Assembly (NCBI GenBank): GCA_046758505.1
Contig: JBHIAH010000054.1
Coordinates: forward strand, 1 to 17,885
Length of the DNA: 17,885 bases
From: Candidatus Methylomirabilales bacterium
GTDB taxonomy: Bacteria > Methylomirabilota > Methylomirabilia > Methylomirabilales > CSP1-5
Direction of reading: 5' to 3'
Shown here: positions 16,313 to 17,885 of the stretch, piece after piece
Numbering within the stretch: the first letter of the stretch is position 1
Layout: every line of letters starts with the position of its first letter
Made by a program: the position numbers and the translations under genes
The notes under the pieces: model-generated
What the model was told of the DNA's origin: nothing
Database searches by the model: none
What the model saw: the letters and a program-made list of their open reading frames with translations, nothing else

Positions 16313-17789
16313 TGGCTTTCCCCATGTGCTCCTGCAGGGGGACCTGGATCAGGAGGTCGCCGCGGTCGAGTACGATTCCCGGCGGGCGGGGCCCATGAGT
16401 CTCTTCGTGTGCATCCCGGGAGCGCGGCATGACGGACATCGCTTCGTCCCCGAGGCCGCCCGCCGCGGGGCTGCGGCCTTCCTCGTGGAGCGCGATGTGC
16501 GAGCCGCCGCGGGAGGACCGGTGCCGGGGACCATCCTCCAGGTGGGGGAGTCCCGAGGCGCCCTGGCGCATGTGGCGGCTCGCTTCTACGATTTTCCGTG
16601 GCGGGAGCTCTGTCTCACGGGGATCACGGGGACCAACGGCAAGACCACGGTGAGCTATCTTGCCGAGGCCGTGTTGCAGGCCGGCGGGCGCCGGATCGGG
16701 GTGCTCGGGACCGTGGAGTACCGGTGCGGGGGGATCTGTCGGGTGGCGGAGCGGACCACCCCCGAGGCCTCGGACCTGCAGGCGCTGCTCCGGTGGATCC
16801 GGGAGCAGGGAGCGGACGCCGCCGTCATGGAGGTCTCTTCCCACTCGCTGGCTCTCCATCGGTTGGACGGATGTACCTTTGACGTGGCCGTCTTCACCAA
16901 CCTGACCCAAGATCACCTTGACTTCCACGGGACGATGGAGGACTACTTCGAAGCCAAGGCGCGGCTCTTCACGATGCTCCGGAAGGAGGGGGGGGCGGCG
17001 GTCATCAACCTGGATGACCCGGCGGGCACGCGTCTCCGGGAATTGACGGACGGACCCGTCATCACATATGGGCTCACCGCTCGGGCGGATGTGACCGCGG
17101 TGGCTCCGACGTATGACCTGCACGGGATCCGGGCCCCCATCCGCACCCCCTGGGGGCCGGGGAGAATGCGGTCCTCGCTCCTCGGCCGGCACAATCTGTA
17201 TAATTGCCTCGCCGCGGTCGGTATCGGCGGTGTGCTCGGGATTTCCGTTGAGCGGGTGCTGGAAGGTCTGGCCACGGTTCGCCATATTCCCGGCCGGCTC
17301 GAGCCGGTTGCCTGCGGACAACCGTTCACCGTGGTGGTGGATTATGCCCACACCCCCGATGCGCTCGAGTGGGTGCTCCGCGCGCTCCGGGAACTGTGTC
17401 CGGGTCGCCTCACGGCCGTCTTCGGGTGTGGTGGCGACCGGGATCGGACAAAACGTCCCCTCATGGGCCAAGTCGCCGTACAGTGGGCCGACCGGGTCGT
17501 CCTGACTTCCGATAACCCCCGAAGCGAGATGCCCGAAACCATTGTGGAGGAGATCGAGGCGGGGGTGGAAGGGGTGCCGGGAGGCACGGGCAAGACCATG
17601 CGCCGTGTCGATCGGCGCGAGGCCATTCGAGCGGTCCTCCAGGAGGGCCGGCCCGGGGATGTCATCCTGATCGCGGGCAAGGGGCACGAGAGGACACAGA
17701 TCGTCGGCGAGCAGGTGATCCCCTTTGATGATCGCGCGGTGGCCCGGGAACTCCTGTCGCAGCTCGGCTACGGCCAGGAGAGTTCATAG
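16287..17789 (+). CDS. murE: UDP-MurNAc-dipeptide--meso-diaminopimelate ligase
   Basis: YDSRR, GITGTNGKTT, TTPE, MEVSSH, TNLTQDHLDFH, VDYAHTPDA, GCGGDRD, SDNPRSE (DNPR, meso-DAP type), AGKGHE. GTG 16287 after GGAGG. Confidence 0.97.
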   Translation: MKRLRELIDGFPHVLLQGDLDQEVAAVEYDSRRAGPMSLFVCIPGARHDGHRFVPEAARRGAAAFLVERDVRAAAGGPVPGTILQVGESRGALAHVAARFYDFPWRELCLTGITGTNGKTTVSYLAEAVLQAGGRRIGVLGTVEYRCGGICRVAERTTPEASDLQALLRWIREQGADAAVMEVSSHSLALHRLDGCTFDVAVFTNLTQDHLDFHGTMEDYFEAKARLFTMLRKEGGAAVINLDDPAGTRLRELTDGPVITYGLTARADVTAVAPTYDLHGIRAPIRTPWGPGRMRSSLLGRHNLYNCLAAVGIGGVLGISVERVLEGLATVRHIPGRLEPVACGQPFTVVVDYAHTPDALEWVLRALRELCPGRLTAVFGCGGDRDRTKRPLMGQVAVQWADRVVLTSDNPRSEMPETIVEEIEAGVEGVPGGTGKTMRRVDRREAIRAVLQEGRPGDVILIAGKGHERTQIVGEQVIPFDDRAVARELLSQLGYGQESS

Positions 17790-17865
17790 TTCAGGGTTCA
17801 GAGTTCATGGATTAAGAATTTGGGCTTTTGCCATGAACCATGAACCATGAACCATGAACTGTGAC
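17781..17865 (+). repeat. Palindromic heptamer element, copy 3
   Basis: agttcat agttcag ggttcag agttcat gg + attaagaatttgggcttttg + (ccatgaa)x4 ctgtgac. Overlaps the murE stop codon. Confidence 0.9.
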
Positions 17866-17885
17866 CGTGAGCTTCGGTCATCGGT

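Overview
GC-rich bacterial core-genome window. Gene order and style suggest a Methylomirabilota/deltaproteobacterial-like lineage, which is inference only. On the minus strand is a long (769 aa) divergent malate-synthase-family gene, with a decayed SDR fragment upstream of it. On the plus strand is a lysine/folate/pantothenate cluster (lysA-dapA-dapB-FAH hydrolase-dapL-folB-folK-dNK-panB-panC-panD), then the start of the dcw cluster (mraZ-STAS-rsmH-ftsL-ftsI-murE). The main non-gene signals are: (1) three same-orientation copies of a palindromic element made of inverted 7-bp arrays (RGTTCAK)n / (CCATGAA)n around a conserved 18-20 nt core, plus other heptamer tracts in every larger spacer from lysA to panB; (2) a pan-motif-like hairpin, a long hairpin and an intrinsic terminator with a plausible antiterminator in front of panB; (3) MraZ boxes with 10-bp periodicity. 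The most unusual coding feature is a STAS protein between mraZ and rsmH with Glu at the usual phospho-Ser position. All calls come from reading the sequence; no searches were run.
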